A DNA stretch of 39,031 nt from Candidatus Poribacteria bacterium (GCA_046582655.1 JAYGDX010000054.1:1-39031); one strand, 5' to 3'; numbered from the stretch's first letter, positions 1 through 9,739 are shown. Made by a program: numbers and translations. Notes: generated from the letters alone by a model not told the origin.

Positions 1-591
1 GCCAGACAGGTCCAGACTCACTTGATTTGATTTAATGCCTTCAACAGTAGCCTCACCTACCTTCTCACCAATTGAAACGTAATAAGTTTGGTTTGAACGT
101 TGCTCTAGTATCAGAGCTTTAGCTGTCACACCATTGGAAGAAATCCATGTACCGATCAGCGTGTAACGAGGTTTATTATTTGGTGGTCGCCATCCTAGCG
201 GACGAAACAGATTGTTATCAACAATGACTTTGTAGTATTCCTCTCCACTTTCCGTCGAGATGCTTCTGAAATTGTCTTTTCGACTTCCATCCAATCTATT
301 CCCACGCACCTGTCCTCGTTCGGGTCCTTTTTCTTGTGCAGACTCTGTAGATTCTTTTTCTTCTTCTTTTTGATCGTTTTGTTTTAAATTAACTGTTGCC
401 TTTTGGATTTTTAGGCTCTTCGTTGTTTCGTTTTTTTTCTCAAGTTTTCCGCTTTTTTTATTAAACTTAAGTTCTTCCTTTGCATCTACGACTTTATCTC
501 CTTCAGCAGGAATTGCTTGGAAATGAAAAATGAGAACCAAGAACAAAACCAAACAAAAGACAAGTCCGATAAGTTTGAATCTAGCTTTCAT
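1..591 (-). CDS. N-terminally anchored GspC/PilP-like (T2SS HR-domain-like) protein, runs off the window start
   Basis: Not in the ORF track. Hand translation from ATG 591 is open to position 1: MKARFKLIGLVFCLVLFLVLIF (TM), a K/E-rich linker, then YYKVIVDNNLFRPLGWRPP..YTLIGT..KALIL..TYYVSIGEKVGEATVEGIKSNQVSL, a GspC HR-like beta pattern. Confidence 0.7.
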   Translation of the reverse strand, partial: MKARFKLIGLVFCLVLFLVLIFHFQAIPAEGDKVVDAKEELKFNKKSGKLEKKNETTKSLKIQKATVNLKQNDQKEEEKESTESAQEKGPERGQVRGNRLDGSRKDNFRSISTESGEEYYKVIVDNNLFRPLGWRPPNNKPRYTLIGTWISSNGVTAKALILEQRSNQTYYVSIGEKVGEATVEGIKSNQVSLDLSG

Positions 592-627
592 AATTTCAAA
601 ATGTCCTTAATATGATATAAAATGCCC

Positions 628-655
628 ATTATCCTAATAGACGACGATCTGTCAA
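628..655 (-). promoter_or_regulatory. Possible sigma70 promoter for the GspC-like gene
   Basis: TTGACA (655-650), 16-nt spacer, GATAAT (633-628), 37 nt above the ATG. Confidence 0.4.
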
Positions 656-703
656 AATGGATTACATCTTTTAGGAACTCATTTCAAAGATTGTAAATTG
701 AGG

Positions 704-2614
704 CTAAAAGAGAAAACGGTACATCGGCAGGTTGATGGTTACACCGATCAAACTCCATACACTTCCAATAATGAATTCTCCTAAAATGAGTCCTAAGAAA
801 AAGGGAATCATCTTTCGGTGGGTTCCCATTCCCCCATGTTTTAAAATAATCCATTTAATGATAAAACTAACCAGAATTGAAAACCAGAAAACATTCATTG
901 ACCAACTACTGGATATAGCAAAACCTGCAGGGTGAAAAGGCCACCAAAACATTCGCATACGCATAATCATCAAAAAGAATGTAATTAAAAACCCAATAAA
1001 CATAGAAATCACTGCAGGATAATTAGGCGAACGGGGTGAAATCAGCCAACTCTGAAGACGGTTAAAAGGACGCCAAGCAAACCAATCTCTTGCACCTTCA
1101 ATATAGGAAATATGATAATAAGACCAGAAAGAGGAAAAGGTCCCAGCAATAATAGCGATTAGCATGGCAACCAACAACCGCCGATTATTTATACTGGTGC
1201 GTTCAGCGAGTTTAAATCCCTCAAGTTGATGTGGCATTGGGTGTCCCCGGTAAGCACGGTTACAGAAGAAAAGATAAGCCAACATGGTTAGGTTCTGTGC
1301 TCCAAGTAGTCGTGTCCCAAACATCTTTGGCATCATTTCATCGGGGCCAATAAAGTGTAAGTCATGCACTGGTGACCCAAGTTCAGCTCTCATTCGGGTA
1401 ACCGCTGTTGAAATGGCATAGTAAATGACGAAAAACATCAATATAACCCAAAGCGACATCCCCGAAGCTCTGCAAAAAACCGTAATGTAAATTATACACC
1501 CAACCATCATTATGATCATGGCTCGATAGGAGAGTGGCTCGCTTGAATCATCTATTTCTGAGTTTTTATTAAGGCTTTTAGCAATGACTTTACCAAGATG
1601 TTGCCTCGTTCCTACTATTGCGATAACAAATAAGCCGATATATGCGCCAAACGATTGTTCATCCACGAACGGAAAACTAGGAATACTTTTCATTCCAAGC
1701 GAGTTGGCAATTACCCGTTCAGATTTCCAGAACAGGTAGAAAAACCAACATGAAAAAGAGAGATCTAGTGGAATAAAAAACGCTAGTCCGACTGCAAACG
1801 GAAAGACCGCAATCGGAGTCCAACCAACAGCATTTAAAGGAGGGTGCGAGAAAAATGGGTGCAGATCATATAATTTCCCGCCCAAACTAGGAACACTTGG
1901 AAACAGAAAATTGAGTCCATTCAGGATATCAATTGTACCCGCCAGGACAAATCCAATCCACATGATTCGGCTTTTTAAAATGCCTGATGCTCCACCACCA
2001 ATGGTTAGTTCAAGGGGTAATTGAATAATCGGGTAACTTAGTTTTTCATTTTCCGTCCACTGCTTGCGAACAAGACTGTTGACGCAAACCATAAAAAACA
2101 ACATTATGCATAAAAAACTTCCCCAAGCGAGTGTCGGTATCAACCAGCCCCGAATGACCTCCCACTGATAAAAGTCTGACTCACCACGATAATAATTGGT
2201 CAGAAAGTTTCGATCCTTGACTGCAATCCAGCTAGGAACGAAACGGTGAAACAAGCCGACCCAATCATTCTCAGGACTTGCGTGCCAAAACGCATGCGGA
2301 ATCATTGGGATCAGCACACGGAGCATATCGTGCCCCGCTATTGACGAAGCAATTGCCAACATAATGTAAACGGTCAACAACTCTCCCTGTTTAACAGTAA
2401 ACTTTGAGCTAATCTGCGTTAATAAATAATTTGAAACGGCAAAAACAAAGACACAAAATATGACATTAAAATAAAGGGAAACAGTGGTAGGATAACCTTG
2501 ACCTGCTGAATCCATAATCCAGTAGGTATTGGGGGGAATCAGTAGCAACCCAACTAAAATAGCTCGCCAAGATGCTCCGATATGAGGTTCGCGTTTGGGA
2601 AGATCTACTTTCAA
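704..2614 (-). CDS. DUF6785/DUF6784-family polytopic membrane protein (putative transporter)
   Basis: 636 aa with many TM segments. Motifs: RKQWTENEKLSYPIIQLP, RMRAELGSP, WWPFHPAGF, KWIILKHGG..PFFLGLILGEF. Confidence 0.8.
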   Translation of the reverse strand: MKVDLPKREPHIGASWRAILVGLLLIPPNTYWIMDSAGQGYPTTVSLYFNVIFCVFVFAVSNYLLTQISSKFTVKQGELLTVYIMLAIASSIAGHDMLRVLIPMIPHAFWHASPENDWVGLFHRFVPSWIAVKDRNFLTNYYRGESDFYQWEVIRGWLIPTLAWGSFLCIMLFFMVCVNSLVRKQWTENEKLSYPIIQLPLELTIGGGASGILKSRIMWIGFVLAGTIDILNGLNFLFPSVPSLGGKLYDLHPFFSHPPLNAVGWTPIAVFPFAVGLAFFIPLDLSFSCWFFYLFWKSERVIANSLGMKSIPSFPFVDEQSFGAYIGLFVIAIVGTRQHLGKVIAKSLNKNSEIDDSSEPLSYRAMIIMMVGCIIYITVFCRASGMSLWVILMFFVIYYAISTAVTRMRAELGSPVHDLHFIGPDEMMPKMFGTRLLGAQNLTMLAYLFFCNRAYRGHPMPHQLEGFKLAERTSINNRRLLVAMLIAIIAGTFSSFWSYYHISYIEGARDWFAWRPFNRLQSWLISPRSPNYPAVISMFIGFLITFFLMIMRMRMFWWPFHPAGFAISSSWSMNVFWFSILVSFIIKWIILKHGGMGTHRKMIPFFLGLILGEFIIGSVWSLIGVTINLPMYRFLF

Positions 2615-2769
2615 AACTCTATTCTACGAGAATCTCGCAAAAAAAAATCGACGCTTTCTCCATCTTCCCAATATATGCGCCGACTAAAACTGCTTGTATC
2701 TCTAAGGAATGTTGCGAATAATGGTTCCAATCAAATCAGATGAGAAGGCCAACTCAACAGCTAGCTTTC

Positions 2770-3039
2770 TCATTTCTGCCCGTCAACTAGAAGACCAACC
2801 CTTTGATTAGCTTTCTCACTCAAGACATCGGACATATGACTTGTATTCAATGGACGTGATTGAAATAGCGGAGAAGGTGATGGCCCTTGAATATTCCTTG
2901 ATTGTATAGGGTTATTTTGTAGTTTGGTATAGTTACTTTCAATGCGCGACACAGCTTCACCGCCCGAGATTGAACCAACCCCATTCATTTTCAAAACTGC
3001 CGGAGAACTGCCTGAGAGTTGCCCGATCGCTGAAACCAT
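2770..3039 (-). CDS. Small Ser/Gly/Pro-rich hypothetical protein
   Basis: ORF track 2770..3054. A better start is ATG 3039, after GGGGGA and downstream of a good promoter. Confidence 0.6.
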   Translation of the reverse strand: MVSAIGQLSGSSPAVLKMNGVGSISGGEAVSRIESNYTKLQNNPIQSRNIQGPSPSPLFQSRPLNTSHMSDVLSEKANQRVGLLVDGQK

Positions 3040-3069
3040 AAATCCCCCATACAACCTAAATTATATGAA

Positions 3070-3098
3070 ATAATAACAAAACTGAAATAGAATGTCAA
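3070..3098 (-). promoter_or_regulatory. sigma70 promoter
   Basis: TTGACA (3098-3093), 17-nt spacer, TATTAT (3075-3070), with the extended -10 TG. Confidence 0.6.
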
Positions 3099-3197
3099 CC
3101 GTTTCTGATTTTCCTACATATGGCCATTTAGTCCTACCGGTAAATTATTCTCCTTTTCCTATAGTTGCTAATCATGTTTGTTGAATCATAATCATAC

Positions 3198-4160
3198 TCA
3201 ATTATGACCGAAGACACCAATGTTCCGATACCGATTGTACCGATTTTCTAATAGATCAGTGAGATCCATTTCGAGTAGTTCGTGAAAATGACGCTTTATT
3301 GCTTTTTTAACATTTTTAATCGCTTGGGTCGGATTGCGGTGCGCACCACCCACCGGTTCCCGAATGATTTCATCAATAATGCCAAATTCAATTAGATCTG
3401 CGGCAAGCGGTTTAAGTGCCTCTGCAGCTTCGGGCGCATGTTCTCCATCATCTTTCCAGACAATACCACTGCATGCTTCGGGGGGGGCGACGCAGTAAAT
3501 CGCATTTTCCATCATCAGAACGCGGTCTCCAATACCAATAGCTAATGCTCCACCGCTTCCACCTTCACCAATCAGAACTACAAGTATAGGAACCTGTAGC
3601 TTTGACATCTTAGCTAAATTCTCAGCGATCGCAATTGACTGACCACGTTCTTCCGATCCACCGTCGAAGTGTGCACCAGGAGTATCCACAAAACAGATCA
3701 CTGGACGGTTGAACTTCTCAGCGAATTCCATGAGTCGCAGCGCTTTTCGGTACCCTTCAGGATGCGTATAGCCAAAGTTCATCTCCTGACGTTCTGAAAG
3801 GTCTCTTCCCTTCTGCTGGGCTAAGTAAACAATCGGCTGTTTTTCAAACCAGGCAAGTCCTCCTACAAGGGCACGATCATCATCGTATAACTTGTCACCA
3901 TGTAATTCAATTGGACCCTCAAAAATCGATTCAATATAAGTAAACGATTGAGGCCGTAGTTCATGACGAGCGAACCATACCTTATCCCAACGACTTAGGG
4001 TTTGTACCGCTTTAATATTAAGAGCTCTTGTGTTTTTCTCCAGTGCTTTTAAACCTTCAGAGATATCTAGGTCCGGATGTTTCTGCGCAAAGTTTTTCAA
4101 CTGGTTAATATGCTCTTCAAGTTCGATTAAAGGTTTCTCAAATGTTAATTTTGATTGCAC
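3198..4160 (-). CDS. accA: Acetyl-CoA carboxylase carboxyltransferase alpha subunit
   Basis: LTFEKPLIELE, ELHGD, PEGYRKALRLM, FVDTPGA, GEGGSGGALAIG. GAGGA RBS before GTG. Confidence 0.97.
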   Translation of the reverse strand: MQSKLTFEKPLIELEEHINQLKNFAQKHPDLDISEGLKALEKNTRALNIKAVQTLSRWDKVWFARHELRPQSFTYIESIFEGPIELHGDKLYDDDRALVGGLAWFEKQPIVYLAQQKGRDLSERQEMNFGYTHPEGYRKALRLMEFAEKFNRPVICFVDTPGAHFDGGSEERGQSIAIAENLAKMSKLQVPILVVLIGEGGSGGALAIGIGDRVLMMENAIYCVAPPEACSGIVWKDDGEHAPEAAEALKPLAADLIEFGIIDEIIREPVGGAHRNPTQAIKNVKKAIKRHFHELLEMDLTDLLENRYNRYRNIGVFGHN

Positions 4161-4180
4161 ACCACATCCTCTACCGAAAG

Positions 4181-5391
4181 CTATTGATTGAGATTTCTAT
4201 AAAATTTTCCTGGTAGTTGCTCAATTATTCCGTCTATCTCAAGCATTGTCAGAATACCTGAAACCTTATGAACCGGTAAATTAGTATCCCGAACAATTTT
4301 ATCTATGTGAGTTTTGTCTGCACCAATGACCGAGATTACAGTTTTCTCCTCTTTAGTATCTGGTGCAATTTCAACTACTGGCGCTAGTTTTTGTATCGTT
4401 TCTCCAATCTTCTGGTTGTCATTCGCAAATTCTGGTCTATCAATCTCAATTGGCTCACCAGTGTTAGAGGTGATCGGTATGTCAGTAATATTGGGGCGGA
4501 CATTACTCACCTGAGGTAGCTGCAGATCTTCAATGGAGTGGATCAAACTAGCACCTTCATTAATTAGACGATGGGTACTTTTTGACATATTAGATCTGAT
4601 GTGTCCTGGCAGAGCAAATACTTCCCGACCTTGCTCTGCGGCTAATCTTGCAGTAATAAGCAAACCACTATGTTCAGACGCTAACAACAGTACCAAGTGT
4701 TAAGCCGCTAATTAAACGATTTCGTTGTGGGAAATTCGATCCACGCGGTGGCATGGTCATTGAATATTCGGAAATTAAAGTGCCTGAAGCCACAATTTTT
4801 TCAAACAGTTGCTGGTTACTGGCAGGATAGATAACACCCAATCCACATCTCATTACAACCACCGTGTGACCTCCTGCATCAAGTGCGCCTTGGTGAGCGT
4901 ATGTGTCAATATCATGAGCTCCTCCACTAACAATTTTCAATCCATTCTCGGTCAAAGCATAGGCAATGTCATAGCTAAGTTTTTCCCTATAGCGTGTTGG
5001 TCTGTGGGAGCCAACAACAGCTAAACTATAGTCAATATTTTGAGGTAACTCCCTTTTCACATACAATATTAAAGGGGAATCGCAAATTTGCCGAAGAGAT
5101 TGAGGGTAAGCGGGATCGCCAACGGTACAACCTGACAATTGGACTTTTCGATCAGTTCAAGTCGATCAGTTCAAGCTCTTTTTCAATAGAAACAGCTGAC
5201 CTGCCATTAATGAATTTTTGACGTACATCGTAGGTTAAGTCTACAGTTTCCAGATCCCGTTTCGGTACAGCCAATACTTGCTCTGCAGAACCAAAAGCAT
5301 TAATGAGTGCGCGAATCCTCTGAGATCCAATGCCAGGAATAATATTGAGATGAATCAGGCTTTTCGCTTCATTCGATAGCATAGTTCCCAA
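4181..5391 (-). pseudogene. dprA: DNA-processing protein DprA/Smf, broken into three ORFs
   Basis: Fragments 5152..5391 (IPGIG..AFGSAEQV), 4674..5138 (DPAYP, NFPQRNRLISGL) and 4181..4696 (ITARLAAEQGREVFALPG, C-terminal winged helix QLPGK). Lesions: 14-bp duplication at 5148-5175, a -1 shift near 5126 and a shift near 4683. Confidence 0.93.
5148..5175. repeat. Perfect 14-bp tandem duplication TCGATCAGTTCAAG x2
   Basis: Read directly at 5148-5161 and 5162-5175. It creates the TGA at 5152. Confidence 0.97.
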
Positions 5392-5401
5392 ACTTCAATT
5401 T

Positions 5402-5989
5402 TTATTCTTCTGTTGACGGCATCTCTGGCTCGGGTGCTATTGAATGATAAACTTCAATTTCACGAATTTTTTTAGATGTACCTTGAGGTGCGCCTGTTTC
5501 ACCACGCGTCCTACGCTTTTGCCCGCCAACTCGACGTGAATCCCAACGTCTGGGTATTTTTAAACGGATTGCTTTTGTCATGATTGGTTTACCAAGCATG
5601 TTAATGCTATATGCAGTTTTGAGATTGTCTCTCACGCTTCGGAGTGACTTCCAATTCCCTTCATCATCGGCGTAGAGCGCTTCAAAAAACTCAAGCTGTC
5701 CTTCATCAGATTTAATCACGATCTTTTCAATTTTCTGTGTTTGTACCCAACTAAGTGTTGCATGGGTATACTTATCCGCTTCCTCAACTGAGTTCTTATC
5801 CTTTCTGTCTGAGATAAGAGGGGAACTTTCACCTGCGGTATATATATTGTCATCATGCATTTTTCCATCCTTACTATTTGCCTGAATGGCTAAATTCTCG
5901 CTCCAAATTACTTTGGGTCCCGTAAAAATGCAACCAGCGTAAATTACAGCAAAAAGAAGAATGAATATGGATAGTGTAAAACGAGTCAT
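5402..5989 (-). CDS. Putative lipoprotein, possibly discoidin/F5-8-like beta-sandwich
   Basis: Signal MTRFTLSIFILLFAVIYAG-C (lipobox-like). C-terminal TKAIRLKI...KIREIEVY pattern. Confidence 0.7.
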   Translation of the reverse strand: MTRFTLSIFILLFAVIYAGCIFTGPKVIWSENLAIQANSKDGKMHDDNIYTAGESSPLISDRKDKNSVEEADKYTHATLSWVQTQKIEKIVIKSDEGQLEFFEALYADDEGNWKSLRSVRDNLKTAYSINMLGKPIMTKAIRLKIPRRWDSRRVGGQKRRTRGETGAPQGTSKKIREIEVYHSIAPEPEMPSTEE

Positions 5990-6014
5990 TATTATTTTCC
6001 TCCTTAATTATGGA

Positions 6015-7457
6015 TCAGTTGCCCTTCCATTTCCAGTTTGTTCCAGATGGCGTATCCTGTAGCTCAATTCCAGCTTCATGTAGCCAATCTCGAACTTTAT
6101 CCGCCGTTACCCAGTCCTTACGTGCTCTAGAATCCTTACGAATATCTATAACCAGTTCCATTAACTGATTAACTAATAGTGTGTTTCGATTAGTCGTTGA
6201 CTCCAACTCAGTATAAATCCCTAGTACCATACAAACTTTGGTCAACGATTGATATGCTACCCCAAGAGCAACCCGATCCGCTTCCATTAGCTGTTCTTGC
6301 TCTTGAGTGAGAAAACGATTCACATGACCAACAAGTTTGTATATTTCACCTACAGCCAAAGCCGTGTTAAAATCCTCATCCATTGCTGACTCAAAACTGG
6401 TCATCATTGCCGATGTAGTGTGAGCAATTTCGGAACCACCTACATCTATTCCGGAATCAGCAAACTCTGAGTAAGAACTGATTCTTGACAAACAATTATA
6501 CAAGCGACGAACAGCACTATTTGAACCCGATAGACTCGCTTCATTATAATCGAGTGGGCTTCGATAATGGGCTGAGATCAAGAAATGACGAATCGTTTCC
6601 GCCGGGTAGTCTTTAAGTGCGTCACGAACATAAATAAAATTCTGTTCGGACTTTCCCATACGGTTACCACTAATTCTTAAAAAGGCCGTATGAATCCAAT
6701 AACGGGCAAAAGTTTTCCCCGTTAACACTTCACTCTGAGCAATCTCATTTTCATGATGTGGAAACTGAAGATCTTGGCCACCTGCGTGAATGTCGATTGA
6801 TTCACCAAGATGTTTCATCGCCATTGCGGAACATTCAATGTGCCATCCTGGTCGACCGCATCCCCATGGGCAGGACCAACTTGGTTCATTTGGCTTGACA
6901 CTCTTCCATAAGTCGAAATCCCGTGGGTTCTCTTTCCGTTTGTCAATGTCCACACGGGCTCCTGAAAGCAGATCCTCAGGTTTGCGATTTGACAATTTCC
7001 CATAATCGGAAAATTTATGGATACGATAATATACATCCCCATCAACTTCATAGGCAATTTCTTTATCGATCATCTGCTGAATAAGCTGAATCATCTCCGG
7101 AATATGATCGGTTGCTTTTGGATGTACGTCAGCCGAACGAATTCCCAGTTTTTGCGAGTCCTCAAAATAAGCATCAATATACTTCTTTGAAAGCTGAGAA
7201 GCGCTTACTCCCTTTTCATTAGCACGATTGATAATTTTATTATCAATATCAGTAAAATTTTGGACAAATTTTACTTGGTACCCCTTGTACTCCAGATAAC
7301 GGCGAATTACGTCAGCTATTAGAAAAGTACGAGCATTTCCTATATGGAAATAGTCATAAACCGTTGGTCCGCAATTGTACATTGACACTTCCCCATCCTC
7401 AATGGGAACAAATTCATCGGTTTGGTTCGTTAATGAATTATAAATTCTTAAACCCAT
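6015..7457 (-). CDS. cysS: Cysteine--tRNA ligase
   Basis: CGPTVYD, HIGN (HIGH), GRPGWHIECSAM, DIHAGGQDLQFPHHENE, RMGKS (KMSKS variant). Confidence 0.97.
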   Translation of the reverse strand: MGLRIYNSLTNQTDEFVPIEDGEVSMYNCGPTVYDYFHIGNARTFLIADVIRRYLEYKGYQVKFVQNFTDIDNKIINRANEKGVSASQLSKKYIDAYFEDSQKLGIRSADVHPKATDHIPEMIQLIQQMIDKEIAYEVDGDVYYRIHKFSDYGKLSNRKPEDLLSGARVDIDKRKENPRDFDLWKSVKPNEPSWSCPWGCGRPGWHIECSAMAMKHLGESIDIHAGGQDLQFPHHENEIAQSEVLTGKTFARYWIHTAFLRISGNRMGKSEQNFIYVRDALKDYPAETIRHFLISAHYRSPLDYNEASLSGSNSAVRRLYNCLSRISSYSEFADSGIDVGGSEIAHTTSAMMTSFESAMDEDFNTALAVGEIYKLVGHVNRFLTQEQEQLMEADRVALGVAYQSLTKVCMVLGIYTELESTTNRNTLLVNQLMELVIDIRKDSRARKDWVTADKVRDWLHEAGIELQDTPSGTNWKWKGN

Positions 7458-7487
7458 ATGTCTTCCCTAATTTTCTCACAGGACATC

Positions 7488-7964
7488 TTATAACTTAATT
7501 CTCAATGCACAAATGGCCTGAGCCGCAATCCCTTTCTCTACACCAACAAATCCTAAACCTTCAGATGTCGTGGCTTTGATGTTAACTTGATTAGGTAAAA
7601 CCTGTAGTATTCTAGCCAACCGATTTCGCATCTCAGGGATGTATGGTGCTAGTTTCGGACGCTGACAGATAATTGTACTATCAATATTTTCTATGTCAAA
7701 ATCAGATAAAATTAGCTCCATTACTTTCTTCAATAAAATGAGGCTATCGATTGATTTGTAAACGGGATCTGAATCTGGAAAATGCTGACCAATATCACCA
7801 AGAGTTGCTGCTCCCAAGATTGCATCGCATATCGCATGTGTTAATACATCAGCATCTGAGTGACCAAGAAGCCCCATCTCAAACGGGATATTAACGCCAC
7901 CCATAATCAATTTTCGATTAGCAACTAAGCGATGGACATCGTACCCTATTCCAACACGAATCAT
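7488..7964 (-). CDS. ispF: 2-C-methyl-D-erythritol 2,4-cyclodiphosphate synthase
   Basis: [35 protein letters not shown]. Confidence 0.97.
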   Translation of the reverse strand: MIRVGIGYDVHRLVANRKLIMGGVNIPFEMGLLGHSDADVLTHAICDAILGAATLGDIGQHFPDSDPVYKSIDSLILLKKVMELILSDFDIENIDSTIICQRPKLAPYIPEMRNRLARILQVLPNQVNIKATTSEGLGFVGVEKGIAAQAICALRIKL

Positions 7965-8674
7965 GTGCTTTCTGCAGTATTGGGTAAAAGGGCAAAAGCT
8001 TTAGCCAAAACTATATCTTCCGGTGTAGTAATCTTTAAATTTTTGTAACTACCCATCACCAACTTCACCTTGAAACCAAGTTGCTCAACTAGTGCTGCAT
8101 CGTCTGTAACTCCAACCTGATTTATCTTAGCTTGATGGTGGGCCTTAACCAGCATATCCTTCCTGAAACACTGTGGAGTCTGTACTGCCCATAGTTGATC
8201 TCGGTCAGGAGTTTCAACAGCAAACTGGTTCTCATCTATAACTTTAATCGTATCTTTGGTTGGGACTGCGACTGCCGCAGCACCAAATTGGTCTGCAGAT
8301 GAAACGCATTCGTGTATCATCTTATTTGTTACGAATGGACGCACCCCATCATGTACGATGACGAGTTGGGCGTCTTCAGGTACAGCATTCAAACCGTTGT
8401 AAACTGACTCCTGTCGTGTAGATCCACCAACAACTAGATCTAAAACCTTGGTGAAATCATACGGAGTAATTGCAACAACTTGGCAATTTTCCAGATCGTC
8501 CTCACTCACAATCACAAGAATGTCAGAGATAATTGGATTCAGATCAAATACTCGAATCGTCTGGCTCAGTACCGGCAGATCCAACAAAGGTAGATATGTT
8601 TTCTTAGTATGAGGATCTCCCATACGATTTCCGCTTCCAGCCGCGGGAATAAGGGCGCAAATCTTCTGGTTCAT
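7961..8674 (-). CDS. ispD: 2-C-methyl-D-erythritol 4-phosphate cytidylyltransferase
   Basis: [46 protein letters not shown] 8674 follows CGGAG. Confidence 0.96.
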   Translation of the reverse strand: MNQKICALIPAAGSGNRMGDPHTKKTYLPLLDLPVLSQTIRVFDLNPIISDILVIVSEDDLENCQVVAITPYDFTKVLDLVVGGSTRQESVYNGLNAVPEDAQLVIVHDGVRPFVTNKMIHECVSSADQFGAAAVAVPTKDTIKVIDENQFAVETPDRDQLWAVQTPQCFRKDMLVKAHHQAKINQVGVTDDAALVEQLGFKVKLVMGSYKNLKITTPEDIVLAKAFALLPNTAEST

Positions 8675-9662
8675 CAGACTCCGTTTCATCTCCCTTTAGG
8701 CGTGCAAATATCATTCTTCCCGCATTTGTCTGCAGAGTCTGCGTCACGATGATATCTACCATCTCATCCACATATTGCCGTCCATTTTTAACAACAATCA
8801 TTGTACCATCATCAAGATAGCCAACACCTTGATGATGTTCTTTCCCTTCACGCGTAATCTTAACCATTAGTTCCTCACCAGCAACAACGTTAGGACGAAC
8901 AGAACTCGCTAGTTGGTTAATATTAAGGACCTTAATTCCCTGAAGTTCCGCAACTTTGTTAAGATTGAAATCATTGGTAAGGATTTTCGCATCAAGCTTC
9001 AACGCTAGTCGGACTAGCTTGGCATCTACCTCCGACACATCATGGAAATCTTCTTCAATCATTTCCATCTCAATCTCCGGATCATTTTGCATCGACCGAA
9101 GAATTTCAAAACCACGTCGTCCCTTATCACGTCGAAGGGCCTCGGTTGAATCAGCAATACGTTGAAGCTCATTCAAGATAAACTTGGGTATCAGCATTAC
9201 ACCATCAATAAAACCTGCCTGCGAAATTTCGCGTATCCTGCCATCGATGATAACACTGGTATCCAGAATCTTGTAATTCTGTGTTATATCGGTTGGTCGT
9301 TTTGGAGAGTCAATCGATAAAAACTCGTTTCTGCCAGCCTTTCGCAAGCTTGTTATCATTCCAAGATATCCAAACAACAATGTAACAACAATAAAAAACG
9401 TTGAAAACGGCCTCGAACTCAAATCTTCAGGTTTGATGAACTTTGATATGATATAGATTAGTAATCCGGCGGCAGTAAAGCCTAGTGTCAACCCAACAAG
9501 ACAATCAAATATACTATCGATTGGTGATTGTTTAATGTAGATTTCGACACTAATCGAAACAGCGACAGCCAAAAACGCAATAATTCCTCCAGAAGTCCCC
9601 GCAACTATAGCGCCAAAAACTGTACTGGCTATTATAAATAAAGCACGTATTATCCAAAGCAT
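8604..9662 (-). CDS. PIN/TRAM domain membrane protein (YacL-like)
   Basis: N-terminal TMs, PIN ILDTSVIIDGRI..TNDFNL, TRAM GKE..QGVGYLDDGTMIVV. Sits in the conserved radA-yacL-ispD order. Start at ATG 9662 or TTG 9683. Confidence 0.92.
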   Translation of the reverse strand: MLWIIRALFIIASTVFGAIVAGTSGGIIAFLAVAVSISVEIYIKQSPIDSIFDCLVGLTLGFTAAGLLIYIISKFIKPEDLSSRPFSTFFIVVTLLFGYLGMITSLRKAGRNEFLSIDSPKRPTDITQNYKILDTSVIIDGRIREISQAGFIDGVMLIPKFILNELQRIADSTEALRRDKGRRGFEILRSMQNDPEIEMEMIEEDFHDVSEVDAKLVRLALKLDAKILTNDFNLNKVAELQGIKVLNINQLASSVRPNVVAGEELMVKITREGKEHHQGVGYLDDGTMIVVKNGRQYVDEMVDIIVTQTLQTNAGRMIFARLKGDETESDEPEDLRPYSRGWKRKSYGRSSY

Positions 9663-9708
9663 GAGATTCTTTGTTCTGGCCAAAATACTGTTATCATAAA
9701 TAAAATCG

Positions 9709-9739
9709 CGGAAGTATTTAAACTAAACGGAAGTATTTA
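9709..9739. repeat. 12-bp direct repeat CGGAAGTATTTA x2 (19-bp period) upstream of the PIN/TRAM gene
   Basis: Read at 9709-9720 and 9728-9739. Confidence 0.85.

Noticed and set aside
5120..5175. Programmed frameshifting or phase variation in dprA
   Set aside because: Three independent lesions plus many motif substitutions. Collapsing the duplication alone does not restore the frame.
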